A stretch of DNA of 64,000 nucleotides from an uncultured Chlamydiae bacterium (GTDB lineage Bacteria > Chlamydiota > Chlamydiia > Chlamydiales > JAJFMA01): assembly GCA_963713615.1 (NCBI GenBank), contig CAVQMM010000001.1, forward strand, positions 1,568,001-1,632,000, read 5' to 3'. Numbering within the stretch: position 1 is the stretch's first letter; the number at the start of each line of letters is the position of its first letter. The notes beneath the pieces are model-generated. The model was not told the origin of the DNA, did not search any database, and was given only the letters and a program-made list of their open reading frames with translations. The position numbers and the translations under genes were made by a program. Shown here one piece after another: positions 50,776 through 61,077 of the stretch.

Positions 50776-52637
50776 AATATCGCACTGGGAAAATCGCTGA
50801 TAAGATTTAGCTTGGTTACTATACCGATGTCAACAGTACTAATGCAAAGCTGTCTGCCAGATTCGATATTGTCATCAAAGAGAGCTCTAGAAAGAGGATT
50901 GACTAGATGAGTTTCGATTTTATTGCGGATCCCTCGTCCGCCATTAGATAGGTCTTTTAAGCAAAGTTCTCTAAGGGTTTGCAAGGCGGAAGAGGTTGCA
51001 ATAACCTCGATCCCTCGAGATCCTTTTAAATCTGCGAGCACGTTATTTATCATGCTCTTGAAAATTTGTTCGGCTATATCATCACGAATGAAGTCAAATA
51101 CGATAACATTGTCTCCTATTCGGTTGAGAATCTCAGGCCGGTTGAGGGTGAGCTTGAAGTGCTTCTCAATCTCTTCTCGAATACACTTTTGAATAGTTTC
51201 AAAGGAATCTGTCGGTGCAACCGTTGCTTTTCTATCCCCAGTGATATCTGTTTGATAGATACCAAGATTGGAAGTAAAAACAATAAAAGCTTCTGTAAAA
51301 TAGACCCTCTCCCCCCTGCCGGATGTCAAAACCCCATCATCGAGAATTTGAAGAAACTTATCGAGAATCCTGGGATGGGCTTTTTCAATTTCATCAAATA
51401 AAACGACACTAAAGGGTTTTTCTCGAATCGCGTTTGTCAGCTCTCCTCCTATGTCGTAACCGATGTAGCCTGGAGGGGCTCCAATTAAGCGTTGATCCGA
51501 ATGTTCAGCACTAAATTCGGACATATCAAAACGAATATAGGCGCTTTCATCACCAAATAGTAGGCTTGTAATGGATTTGGCTAGTTCTGTCTTTCCCACG
51601 CCTGTAGGTCCCGCTAAAAAGGCTACTCCTCTCGGACGCCCGCCTCGACGTGGAGCCCCTACTCCTGTAACCGCCCGCTTGATGATATCAAGCATATGGA
51701 CAACCGCATGGTCTTGTCCCTTGACTCGTTGCATAATAAAATTTTCGCCATCATGGATCTTGCTTCGATCGATTTTTTGCCAAGGATCCTCAGAAACACC
51801 TACCTTGTAACGGCGAACAGCTTCGCTTATCTTGGCGTATCCTAGCTTTTCCTCTCGACAGAGTTGAGCTATTAGCATGAGATCAACTAAAAGCAACCCT
51901 TCAGTATTATCCACAAAGTCTTGAAGCGCGACATCTTTTAGCTGGGCGGATGCGTCCTTTGCTCCCTCAAGGGACTGAATAAGAGAATTCGCCAGAATTC
52001 GACGCATCTGATGGTCTGGATTTGGAATAGAAATATGACGAACCTTTGAATTGTCAACCGTAAGCCAAGCAGGCATATCCCCTTCTTTTTCAGCTACCCA
52101 TAAGATCGTATTAAAGAATGGTTTTGATGGAGACCCATGAGCACGAACTCTAGCTTCGTGCGATCGAATCAAAGCTCTTGTAAAAAGACGATGTTCATTG
52201 TCACTAAGATTATTTTGGTTAATGATTAAGCGCGATGCAAAGTCGATGATTAGAGCGATTGGTTCCGCTTTCCACGTAATCACTTTTTCTAAAACTTCTT
52301 CGAAAAGATCTAGACCCGCAGGCGCACAACCATTTGCGGGTTGAAGCCCTAGTTGCTTCATCAAGGTTTCTGCATCTTTGTAACCTTGTTGACCATTTAA
52401 TGAACCAATACTTTTGAAGCCATTGACGAAGTCATAGCATAATACATGAGTGTAGCCGCACGTTCGCAATTCTTCGTTTAAGAAAGAACTGAGTGGTCGA
52501 ACAACAGCACCGCTTGCTTTGTCTTCGATCTGAAGGTCTCGTACATTGCCTGAAAGCACAAATTGACTTTTCAAAGGCAAAAAACGTATGAGATCGCGCA
52601 ACCACTTTGATTTTTTCACTTCTAAGTCTTTGATCAT
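50772..52637 (-). CDS. ClpB-like AAA+ ATPase (single intact NBD2-type module)
   Basis: VKGQDHAV, AGPTGVGKTE, FDMSEF, LIGAPPGYIGY, VLFDEIEKAHP, RPEILNRI, GGRGI. Confidence 0.9.
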   Translation of the reverse strand: MIKDLEVKKSKWLRDLIRFLPLKSQFVLSGNVRDLQIEDKASGAVVRPLSSFLNEELRTCGYTHVLCYDFVNGFKSIGSLNGQQGYKDAETLMKQLGLQPANGCAPAGLDLFEEVLEKVITWKAEPIALIIDFASRLIINQNNLSDNEHRLFTRALIRSHEARVRAHGSPSKPFFNTILWVAEKEGDMPAWLTVDNSKVRHISIPNPDHQMRRILANSLIQSLEGAKDASAQLKDVALQDFVDNTEGLLLVDLMLIAQLCREEKLGYAKISEAVRRYKVGVSEDPWQKIDRSKIHDGENFIMQRVKGQDHAVVHMLDIIKRAVTGVGAPRRGGRPRGVAFLAGPTGVGKTELAKSITSLLFGDESAYIRFDMSEFSAEHSDQRLIGAPPGYIGYDIGGELTNAIREKPFSVVLFDEIEKAHPRILDKFLQILDDGVLTSGRGERVYFTEAFIVFTSNLGIYQTDITGDRKATVAPTDSFETIQKCIREEIEKHFKLTLNRPEILNRIGDNVIVFDFIRDDIAEQIFKSMINNVLADLKGSRGIEVIATSSALQTLRELCLKDLSNGGRGIRNKIETHLVNPLSRALFDDNIESGRQLCISTVDIGIVTKLNLISDFPSAIL

Positions 52638-52800
52638 TTAAAATTTCCAAAGGTAACGGTTATTTTGGTTCTCTCTCACCTTTAGTTCTTCAAAGCTCGA
52701 TCTAGAACTTTTTTTTCAGTCATAAGCGTCTAACGTTCTGGTTGTTGACCGGAAATTGTAATGCTGACGAGCATTTATCTGCAACTAAAGAGACTATTTT

Positions 52801-54294
52801 GGGTGCAATCCAAACTTGTACGCAGAGCAATTCTTGTGTAAGATTGTTTACACAATGTTGCGGCTGACCCAGCATGAAACCCTATCCAAATCAATAATAT
52901 GCGAATTTAGATGAAGACTATTCCACCATCACACGACCTTTCTGAGGATGAACGTTATATTTTACATGTGCTTAGAGAAAATCCAAGTCTGTTACAGCCG
53001 CTCCTGGAGATGGTTGATGTCGTTGGTAAGAATTTTGAAGCGCTTAAGACGGGCGATGAAGCAGAAGAAGCTACCATAGCTGCTATTCGTAAGTCTGGGC
53101 AGGCCATTCTTCAAAATTGGGCGGATCATCGTGTTAAGCAGGTAGAATCTCAATACGAGCCTGAGAAGGGCATCCGTCCCCACGGAAAAAAAAAGTCGAA
53201 TGGCAGACAACACTAGGACGCATCACTGTTGTTCAAAGGTGTTTTCTACAAAAGAAGCATCGTGGTCGACCTTCACATCGTTTAAGGCCTTTTGAGGACT
53301 TTTCAGGGATAAAACACCAAGATTGGTCAAAGCGGTGTCAACGCTTGATAACTGATCTAGGATCCGAGGAATCCTTTTCGAGGGCCGCGAAACAGATGAA
53401 GGAGCACCATGGATTGGAAATCAGTCCCACTACGATATCAAATATCACGCTTAAACATGCCAAGAGGGCGCAGCTGATGATGAAAAAGCCTCCTATCGGG
53501 AAAAAGGCAGACAATCCAACAACCCCACTTGTGGTTGAAATGGATGGTGGAATGGTGCCCCTAGTTGAAACAGCTGGTTCTGGAGATAGACGGAAAAACA
53601 GAAGAGTATCCTGGGCAGAGCTTAGAGTGGGGGTTATTCAGCGCTTAGGGGAAGCAGACTGGAAATACACGTGTTCCTTTAATAGCCCTGATGATTTGGG
53701 AAATAGAATGCTAACATTATTAGAACGGCAATTTGGGTGGGAAGGACAGAGCCAATTACATGGTATAGGGGATGGAGCAAAATGGATAACTGAACAGATG
53801 GAAAGGGTAGCAGGAAGCCGAGGGAACTACCTAATTGATCTGTATCATTTAAGTGAGTATCTAGCGGGAGCAGCAACGGCCTGGACTGAGGATATTAAAA
53901 AGGAGACTCGAGCGCTAAAGACCCGCTTAAAAAAAGGACAGATCGTGAATGTGAAGCGAAAGCTTCGAAAGTACTCCAAAGTTCACCCTGAGCATGAGGG
54001 CCTGCAAAAGTGTATACAATACATAACTAATAGACCTGGGCAGTTTAAGTATGATGAAGCGATTAGAAAAGGTTTGCCAATAGGTTCGGGGAAAATAGAA
54101 AGCACGCATCGCCATGTGATTCAGAAGCGGTTGAAAAAGCCCGGAGCATGGTGGAGACGGGATCATGCGGATCAAATGGCAAACCTTAGAACTCTTCGAG
54201 CTAACGATGAATGGGAAAGGCTTTGGCAAGATGAGGTAGTCTGTGAGCTCGATTGCCTAGCCGCCTAAGGTGAGTACAAATTTGAATTACACCC
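52801..54294 (+). mobile_element. ISKra4-like (UPF0236) IS element
   Basis: 21-bp imperfect IR GGGTG(C/T)AAT(C/T)CAAA(C/T)TTGTAC; no TSD. Confidence 0.85.
52911..54268 (+). CDS. ISKra4-like transposase, likely expressed by -1 frameshift at A9G (53186-53195)
   Basis: ORFA ends GKKKSNGRQH; the -1 frame continues KKVEWQTTLG... into VEMDGGM, GDGAKWI, DLYH, IGSGKIESTHRHVIQKRLK. Confidence 0.8.
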
Positions 54295-55893
54295 GACATT
54301 ATCCCCTATTCGGTTGAGAATTTCAGGTCGGTTGAGCGTTAGCTTGAAGTGCCTTTCAATCTCTTCTCGAATACGCTTTTGAATACTTTCAAAGGAGTCT
54401 ATCGGTGCAACCGTTGCTTTTCTCTCCCCAGTGATATCTGTTTGATAGATACCAAGATTGGAGGTAAAGACGATAAAAGCTTCTGTAAAATAAACCCTCT
54501 CCCCCCTGCCGGATGTCAACACCCCATCATCGAGAATTTGAAGAAACTTATCGAGAATCCTGGGATGGGCCTTTTCAATTTCATCAAATAGAACGACACT
54601 AAAGGGTTTTTCTCGAATCGCGTTTGTCAACTCTCCTCCCATGTCGTAACCGATGTAGCCTGGAGGGGCTCCAATCAAGCGTTGATCCGAATGTTCAGCA
54701 CTAAATTCGGACATATCAAAACGAATATAGGCGCTTTCATCTCCAAATAGGAGGCTGGTAATGGATTTGGCTAGTTCTGTCTTTCCCACGCCTGTTGGCC
54801 CCGCTAAAAAGGCTACTCCTCTAGGACGTCCGCCTCGACGCGGAGCCCCTACTCCTGTAACTGCTCGCTTAATGATATCAAGCATATGGGCAACCGCATG
54901 GTCTTGTCCCTTGACTCGTTCCATAATAAAGTTCTCGCCATCATGGATCCTGCGTCGATCGATTTTTTGCCAAGGATCCTCAGAAACACCTACCTTGTAA
55001 CGACGAACCGCTTCGCCTATCTTGGCGTATCCTAGCTTCTCCTCTCGACACAGTTGAGCGATTAGCATGAGATCAACTAAAAGCAGACCTTCAGTATTAT
55101 CTACAAAGCTTTGAAGCGCGACATCTTTTAGCTGGGCCGATGCTTCCTTTGCCCCCTCAAGGGACTGAATAAGAGAACTCGCAAGAATTCGACGCATCTG
55201 ATGGTCTGGATTTGGAATAGAAATATGACGGACCTTTGAATTGTCAGCCGTTAGCCAAGCAGGCATATCCCCTTCTTTTTCGACTACCCATAAAGCAGGC
55301 ATATCCCCTTCTTTTTCGACTACCCATAAGATCGTATTAAAGAATGGTTTTGATGGAGATCCATATGCACGAACCCGAACTTCGTGCGATCGAATCAAAG
55401 CTCTTGTAAAAAGACGATGTTCGTTATCATTGAGTACATTTTGATGAACGATCAACCGAGATGCAAAGTCGATGATTAGAGCGATTGGCTCTCCTTTCCA
55501 ATTAATCACCTTTTCTAAAACTTCTTCGAAAAGATCTAGACCTGCCGGCGCACAACCATTTGCTGGTTGAAGCCCTAACTGCTTCATTATATTCTCTGCA
55601 GCTTCATAACCTTGTTGGCCATTTACTGGATCAATAACTTTAAATCCATTAACGAAGTCATAGCATAAGACTTGAGAGTAGCCATACGTTCGTAATTCTC
55701 CGTTTAGACAAGAAGTAAGTGGTCGAACAACGGCACCACTTGCCTTGTCTTCGATCTGAAGGTCTCGTACATTGCCTGAAAAAACAAATTGGCTTTTCAG
55801 GGGTAAAAAACGAATGAGATCCCGCAACCACTTTGATTTTTTGACTTCCGAAGCTATTACCAAATTACCATCGAAATTAATACTCAAGATCAT
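54295..55893 (-). pseudogene. Second ClpB-like AAA+ ATPase paralog, 3'-truncated by the IS
   Basis: High identity to 50772-52637 up to RIGDNV; 36-bp tandem duplication at 55257-55328. Confidence 0.9.
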
Positions 55894-55915
55894 CCTCCAA
55901 ACAAACTAGTCGAAT

Positions 55916-57265
55916 CTAGAAACCAAGACCAGCCAGCAATTCATCTTTAGACTCGTCTTCGCGGTATTCTGTATGCCAAGCATCACGGAATGCCTCAAAG
56001 GTTTCCCAGGTTCCTTTTTTGATATGATAAAATAAAAACCTTAAGCCATCTGTATCGATCCAATACTGTGATCCAGGCTTTTTACTTCCCCAAGGCATAA
56101 TTTTTTCCGCTAACATATAAAGTCGCAAATCTCGAACGCAACCTCTACCAATAATCCCATCTGTGATTTTCTTGTGTATTTCTTTCTTTTTAATAGCAAC
56201 ATCCCTGCGCAACCAGTTCAAATCAAAAATGTGATTGTTATGGCAAAGCAGATAATTACCGGACGCAACAGACATAACCGGTTGACAGCTTTCGGATTGC
56301 AATAGACTGGTTAAAATCTGAATTCTTCTTGGCATTGGTAATTGAAGAATCTGCAGAAATTCATCACTGAATGCAGGGTCCTCTAATTCGAAATTATTAG
56401 ACGTCACTGCCGCCAAGAGACTTTCGGATATATCATAGGGTGTATTACATATCATAAAGAACATTTTTCTTCGAAATTCTCTCTGATACACATCTGGCCT
56501 AGATAATAACATTTCTAACTGTAGTGAAGACATGATTTCGAAGAGTTCTTCTGGAATACATTCATGATAATCTCCGTCTTGAGCAGGTAGTTTTTCTATA
56601 AGAAGAAATGCCACAATTTCAGGAACTGTAGAAATCAATCTCCACATATTTTTAAGCCCATGACCTTGAGCCCACATATTCCCAACGTCACTTGGTTCAT
56701 AAGTATAATACCAGATAAATCTATCCGCGGACAAATACGTATCCACTATTTCATATACTTCGATCTCTGAGATCCTTTGGTTGGAAAGACCGTTAAGGCA
56801 AAAATACTTAATGAATTCCGCAAAATTCTCCCCATTAATTTCCCCAGATTTTACGAAAGCTAATCGAGCCTGATGTTCAAAATCTAACAATTCTTCAAAA
56901 TCCTTCTCGCAGGGCTTCCATCCCCAGGGTGTGGTTTCAAGAGGTAGATATCTAATCAAGTGATGCGAATCACTGTCAATGATTGCCTGAATCATTGGGT
57001 CTAAATTTTTGGACCATTTACATTTAAATTCATACGACTTAACTGCCAAATAACGAATAAAAGGATTACTGCTTTCTGCGGCCAATAGACATAACTCATT
57101 CATTAAATGCGTTAAAACCCTTAGATCTTTCTTGTTTGTTTTTTCGATGAAAAACGTAATTTTCGTTTCATCACTCAGATAGGGCCACATCGCCATAATT
57201 TCTGCGAATCGAGCAGGAGAAGGAGATTTAAAAAACTGCTGAAACAATAAACTGTCATTTGTCAT
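55916..57265 (-). CDS. Hypothetical alpha-helical protein
   Basis: 449-aa ORF, AT-rich, 22 bp upstream of the AAA paralog; no motif recognised. Confidence 0.7.
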   Translation of the reverse strand: MTNDSLLFQQFFKSPSPARFAEIMAMWPYLSDETKITFFIEKTNKKDLRVLTHLMNELCLLAAESSNPFIRYLAVKSYEFKCKWSKNLDPMIQAIIDSDSHHLIRYLPLETTPWGWKPCEKDFEELLDFEHQARLAFVKSGEINGENFAEFIKYFCLNGLSNQRISEIEVYEIVDTYLSADRFIWYYTYEPSDVGNMWAQGHGLKNMWRLISTVPEIVAFLLIEKLPAQDGDYHECIPEELFEIMSSLQLEMLLSRPDVYQREFRRKMFFMICNTPYDISESLLAAVTSNNFELEDPAFSDEFLQILQLPMPRRIQILTSLLQSESCQPVMSVASGNYLLCHNNHIFDLNWLRRDVAIKKKEIHKKITDGIIGRGCVRDLRLYMLAEKIMPWGSKKPGSQYWIDTDGLRFLFYHIKKGTWETFEAFRDAWHTEYREDESKDELLAGLGF

Positions 57266-57598
57266 GTTTTATTTTCCAAAACTATTTTTTCTAAAAACTC
57301 ATGTATCCACACAATAGAACTGTCTTTTTATAGCTTCGCCACTGAATGATAAATCCATTTAATTCAAAAAGCAAGACAAAAGTCATCTATATCTAATTGA
57401 TAATAATTGACTTGTGTCAGCCGAGCCTGACAACATGATCTCCAACATTAGGCCCCCTGTTTTTTTATCTTTTGTTGTGAGAAGCCTATCAGGATGAACT
57501 TGTCTAACGAATTGGCGATAAGCTCTCTACAATCGTAGCGTGAAAACGCATTTCCCCCTAGGCTCCGATTCCTGCGCAAGAGAAACTGTTATCTTTGG

Positions 57599-57807
57599 CG
57601 GTGCAATGGCGGTGCAACGCGGTGCAATTTGTGTTAGCACGAACCGATGGAATCCGGTAGACAGAAAGGCTACAAGCTGCTTATAGTGTTGCTGATAGCG
57701 GTTAGGTGATGTCGGGTATTGTGGAGGACCTCCGCCCTCATAATCCGTTGGTCGCAGGTTCAAGTCCTGCTTGCCCCATTTTGTCTTTCACCATATCAAA
57801 GAAAAAC
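57599..57807 (+). other. att-like remnant 2: CGGTGCAA x3 arm repeats plus 3' half of tRNA(CAT) at 57737-57778
   Basis: CTCATAA anticodon loop, TCCGT stem strand, T-arm and TTGCCCCA acceptor strand; 5' half absent. Confidence 0.85.
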
Positions 57808-57899
57808 TTGGGGTCGGGCCTAGGGTGTTGATTTGAGTTTTTTTCGACTCAAAAAATTTTAACTGACAGTCATTGCATTCCTTTAAGGGGTACGTGGGA

Positions 57900-59432
57900 T
57901 CACGGATTTGGACTTGGGCCTATGCGGTCATAAGCAGCCTCTTTGGGCTGAAGTTTGAGCGAACAGCTTTCTTCCAAGATGTCAGCTAAAGAATCGCATT
58001 GCCCTTCAAAATCGCCTTTCAAATTCGTTAGAGGAGAATTCAGGGATGGTAATCTCTTTTTTTCTCTAAGATGATTAATGAGCGTTCTGGTGAAAAGGGG
58101 GTTTTTAAAGATATCATGGATAAATGTTCCAAACATAAGAGGATGTTCAGAAATAGCTCCATCGACGCCATCTTCTGACATGAAGAGAGGGGCGGCATCG
58201 ATTCCATACTCGACTTCCCCACAGTGAATTTCATAGCCCGAGATTTCTCCAACTTCTTCAAAGAGATGATGACCTGTCGGCCGATAAAGAACCTGAGCAA
58301 CCTTCTTATTTTTTTTGAATTTCACGACAAAATCAAAAAAACCAAAACCAGAAAGCTCGGAAAAATGCGACTCTACGTTATTGGGGTCATACAGATGCTT
58401 CCCCATCATTTCAAAGCCTCCACAAATACCCATCACAGGCGTTGTGGACAGATTCAATTTAATGGCCCGCTCCCAGCCTATTCTTCGTAAAAAATCCAAA
58501 TCCCAAAGGGTATTTTTTGATCCGGGAACAATGATCAAATCGGGAGATCCCAAAGTCCCGGGAGAGCGCACGAAACGCACTTTAACATTTTGTTCAGCGA
58601 TTAAGGCATTAAAATCATTTGCATTGGATATGTGTGGGAGATAAACAACGGCAATATCTATCTCTGGATTTGTGCAGACTTGGGTTTTGATACAATCTTC
58701 TTCCTCTAAAAGGAGATCCGAAATGTATGGGATCACTCCAGCAATAGGAATTCCAGCATGTTCTTCAATAAAATCAATGGCCGGTTGAAGGATTTCTCTG
58801 TCTCCTCGAAATTTATTGATGAAAATGCCCTTGATGAGTTTTTTGTCCTCTGGAGCCACTAATTCTAAAATACGTAAAGTCCCCAAAATATCTGCAAAGA
58901 CTCCTCCTTTATCGATGTCAACAACCAGGTAGACATCAGCGTCCAACAAGTGGGCCATTCCCATGTTAACGAGGTCATTGGAACGGAAATTTGGCTCCGC
59001 ACAGCTGCCCGCTCCCTCCGCAATAATCAAATCAAATGAGTGATGAAGAACTTTGAGGGATGTTTGGATAGCCTCAAACTTGCGTTGGTACCATTCCGAA
59101 GAAAAGAAATAATCCTTCGCTGCAAAATTCCCCACTGCCTTGCCATGCAGAATGACTTGAGACTCTGTATCACTGTTCGGTTTTAGAAGAATGGGATTCA
59201 TATGAATAGATGGCTCTTGCTTCGCTGCAAAGGCCTGAACAGCTATTGATCTAGCGATTTCCTCTCCATTTAAAGTAGCAAAACTATTGAGCGACATATT
59301 TTGCGATTTGAAAGGAGCTACCCTTATTCCCTGGTTGGCAAAAAGGCGACAGAGACCTGTCACAATCGTGGTCTTCCCAGCATGCGAACTAGTTCCTAAA
59401 ATCATAATGGGTTTGAAAGTCACAGAACTCAT
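57900..59432 (-). CDS. cobQ: Cobyric acid synthase
   Basis: GTSSHAGKT, APFKSQNMSLNS, MNPILLKP, EGAGS, DIDKGGVFA, INKFRGD, PHISN, GICGGF, GYEIH. Confidence 0.95.
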   Translation of the reverse strand: MSSVTFKPIMILGTSSHAGKTTIVTGLCRLFANQGIRVAPFKSQNMSLNSFATLNGEEIARSIAVQAFAAKQEPSIHMNPILLKPNSDTESQVILHGKAVGNFAAKDYFFSSEWYQRKFEAIQTSLKVLHHSFDLIIAEGAGSCAEPNFRSNDLVNMGMAHLLDADVYLVVDIDKGGVFADILGTLRILELVAPEDKKLIKGIFINKFRGDREILQPAIDFIEEHAGIPIAGVIPYISDLLLEEEDCIKTQVCTNPEIDIAVVYLPHISNANDFNALIAEQNVKVRFVRSPGTLGSPDLIIVPGSKNTLWDLDFLRRIGWERAIKLNLSTTPVMGICGGFEMMGKHLYDPNNVESHFSELSGFGFFDFVVKFKKNKKVAQVLYRPTGHHLFEEVGEISGYEIHCGEVEYGIDAAPLFMSEDGVDGAISEHPLMFGTFIHDIFKNPLFTRTLINHLREKKRLPSLNSPLTNLKGDFEGQCDSLADILEESCSLKLQPKEAAYDRIGPSPNP

Positions 59433-59586
59433 GCTGCTAGAAGATTCATAGAGGAGACGTGTACGACCCCTGGCATTATGTCAGAAATTTGGTCAGGATT
59501 CCACTGTAGTTTTTATACCCGAATCAGCCATAACATGAACCTCATGGATATGAGGTGTGCTCCAAAAAAATAATCATGGCTTGCTA

Positions 59587-61020
59587 ATGAAAATCTTGCT
59601 CACGGGCGCCAACGGCTATATTGGCACACGACTCCTGCCTCTTCTTCTAGAAAAAGGACATGAAGTTTTCGCTCTTGTCCGCAGCGACAAACGTATGTCA
59701 ATTCCTGAGAAATTTGAACAACAGGTTCATGTTATCCAAGCTGATCTGCTGGATGCACAGTCACTAGAAAAAATCCCTAGTGACATCGACGCTGCTTACT
59801 ATCTTGTTCATTCTATGAGCACTTCTACTGAAAAGTTTTCCTCGCTCGAATCCAAATCAGCAATGCATTTTCGTGACCGGCTCTCCTCTACTAAGACTCG
59901 TCAAATCATCTATCTAAGCGGTATTGTCAACGATGAGGAACTCTCCCATCATCTTGAATCTCGTAAGAATGTTGAGACCATCTTACGCCAAGGAAAGGTC
60001 CCCGTAACAACACTCATGGCTGGAATCATCATTGGGGCTGGCAGCGCTTCATTTGAGATCATCCGAGATCTTGTAGAAAAGCTTCCGATCATGGTTGCCC
60101 CGAAATGGACCACAAACCTCACGCAGCCAATCGCCATCCGTGATGTGCTCGACTACTTAATTCTCGTCCTAGATCATCCTGCATGCATTGGTAAACAGTT
60201 TGAAATCGGCGGACCTGATGTTCTTAGCTACAAGGACCTCCTTCTTGAATTTGCACATATCCGGGGCTTGAAGCGCTGGATCATTACTGTGCCCGTATTA
60301 ACGCCAAAACTCTCGTCGTACTGGCTCTATTTTATTACCTCAGCAAGCTTCCCTCTGGCACAATCACTTGTCGAAAGCCTTAAAAATAATGCCATATGCA
60401 AAGAAAGCAACATCCAAAGGATCTTCCCCAAAGAGCTTTTGAATTTTGAAGCAGCTGTTAAACGCTCATTTGAATGCATTGAACAAGACAATGTTCCTTC
60501 TAGTTGGAAGGATGCCATAGGAAACTCCAACCTAAACCCCGACCTTACAACCTATGTCCAAGTCCCTCAATTTGGAACAGTTTTTGATACACAGGTCGTT
60601 CCTTTCACTCAATCTCCAGAAGTCGTTCAAGACAGAATTTGGTCGCTCGGTGGGGATAACGGTTGGGCCTATATGAACTGGGCATGGGAGGTAAGAGGAT
60701 TTGTCGATAAAGTATTCGGAGGTACAGGCCTTCGTCGCGGAAGAACTCAACCAACTCGCCTAAAGGATGGAGATGCTCTTGATTTTTGGCGCGTTCTGCT
60801 GGCAGATAAAAACAATCATCGCCTCTTGCTGTATGCTGAAATGAAGCTTCCGGGCGAAGCTTGGCTTGAATTCAAGATTATTAACCAAACGCTATATCAA
60901 ACAGCCACCTTCCGACCACACGGACTCTTAGGAAGGCTCTATTGGTACGGCCTGTTTCCTTTCCATTACTTGATCTTTAAGGGACTGGCAAGAGCTTTAG
61001 TGAAGAAGTCGATAGATTAG
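59587..61020 (+). CDS. NAD(P)-binding SDR/epimerase with C-terminal DUF2867 (YbjT-like)
   Basis: LLTGANGYIG, AYYLVHSM, GSASFEI, DFWRV, AEMKLPGEAWLEF, GRLYWY. Confidence 0.9.
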   Translation: MKILLTGANGYIGTRLLPLLLEKGHEVFALVRSDKRMSIPEKFEQQVHVIQADLLDAQSLEKIPSDIDAAYYLVHSMSTSTEKFSSLESKSAMHFRDRLSSTKTRQIIYLSGIVNDEELSHHLESRKNVETILRQGKVPVTTLMAGIIIGAGSASFEIIRDLVEKLPIMVAPKWTTNLTQPIAIRDVLDYLILVLDHPACIGKQFEIGGPDVLSYKDLLLEFAHIRGLKRWIITVPVLTPKLSSYWLYFITSASFPLAQSLVESLKNNAICKESNIQRIFPKELLNFEAAVKRSFECIEQDNVPSSWKDAIGNSNLNPDLTTYVQVPQFGTVFDTQVVPFTQSPEVVQDRIWSLGGDNGWAYMNWAWEVRGFVDKVFGGTGLRRGRTQPTRLKDGDALDFWRVLLADKNNHRLLLYAEMKLPGEAWLEFKIINQTLYQTATFRPHGLLGRLYWYGLFPFHYLIFKGLARALVKKSID

Positions 61021-61077
61021 CCTGTAAACCAACCTCTCCTAGCGGGAGTTTCAAGAACGTTTGGAAAAAGGAGAGAA

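Noticed and set aside
57700..57778. Complete tRNA gene (also 16305-16382)
   Set aside because: Only the anticodon loop to acceptor 3' strand is present; upstream sequence cannot form the D-arm or the 5' acceptor strand.
59433..59586. Cobalamin riboswitch upstream of cobQ
   Set aside because: The intergenic region is short and I could not identify the conserved B12-box motifs; an Rfam scan would be decisive.
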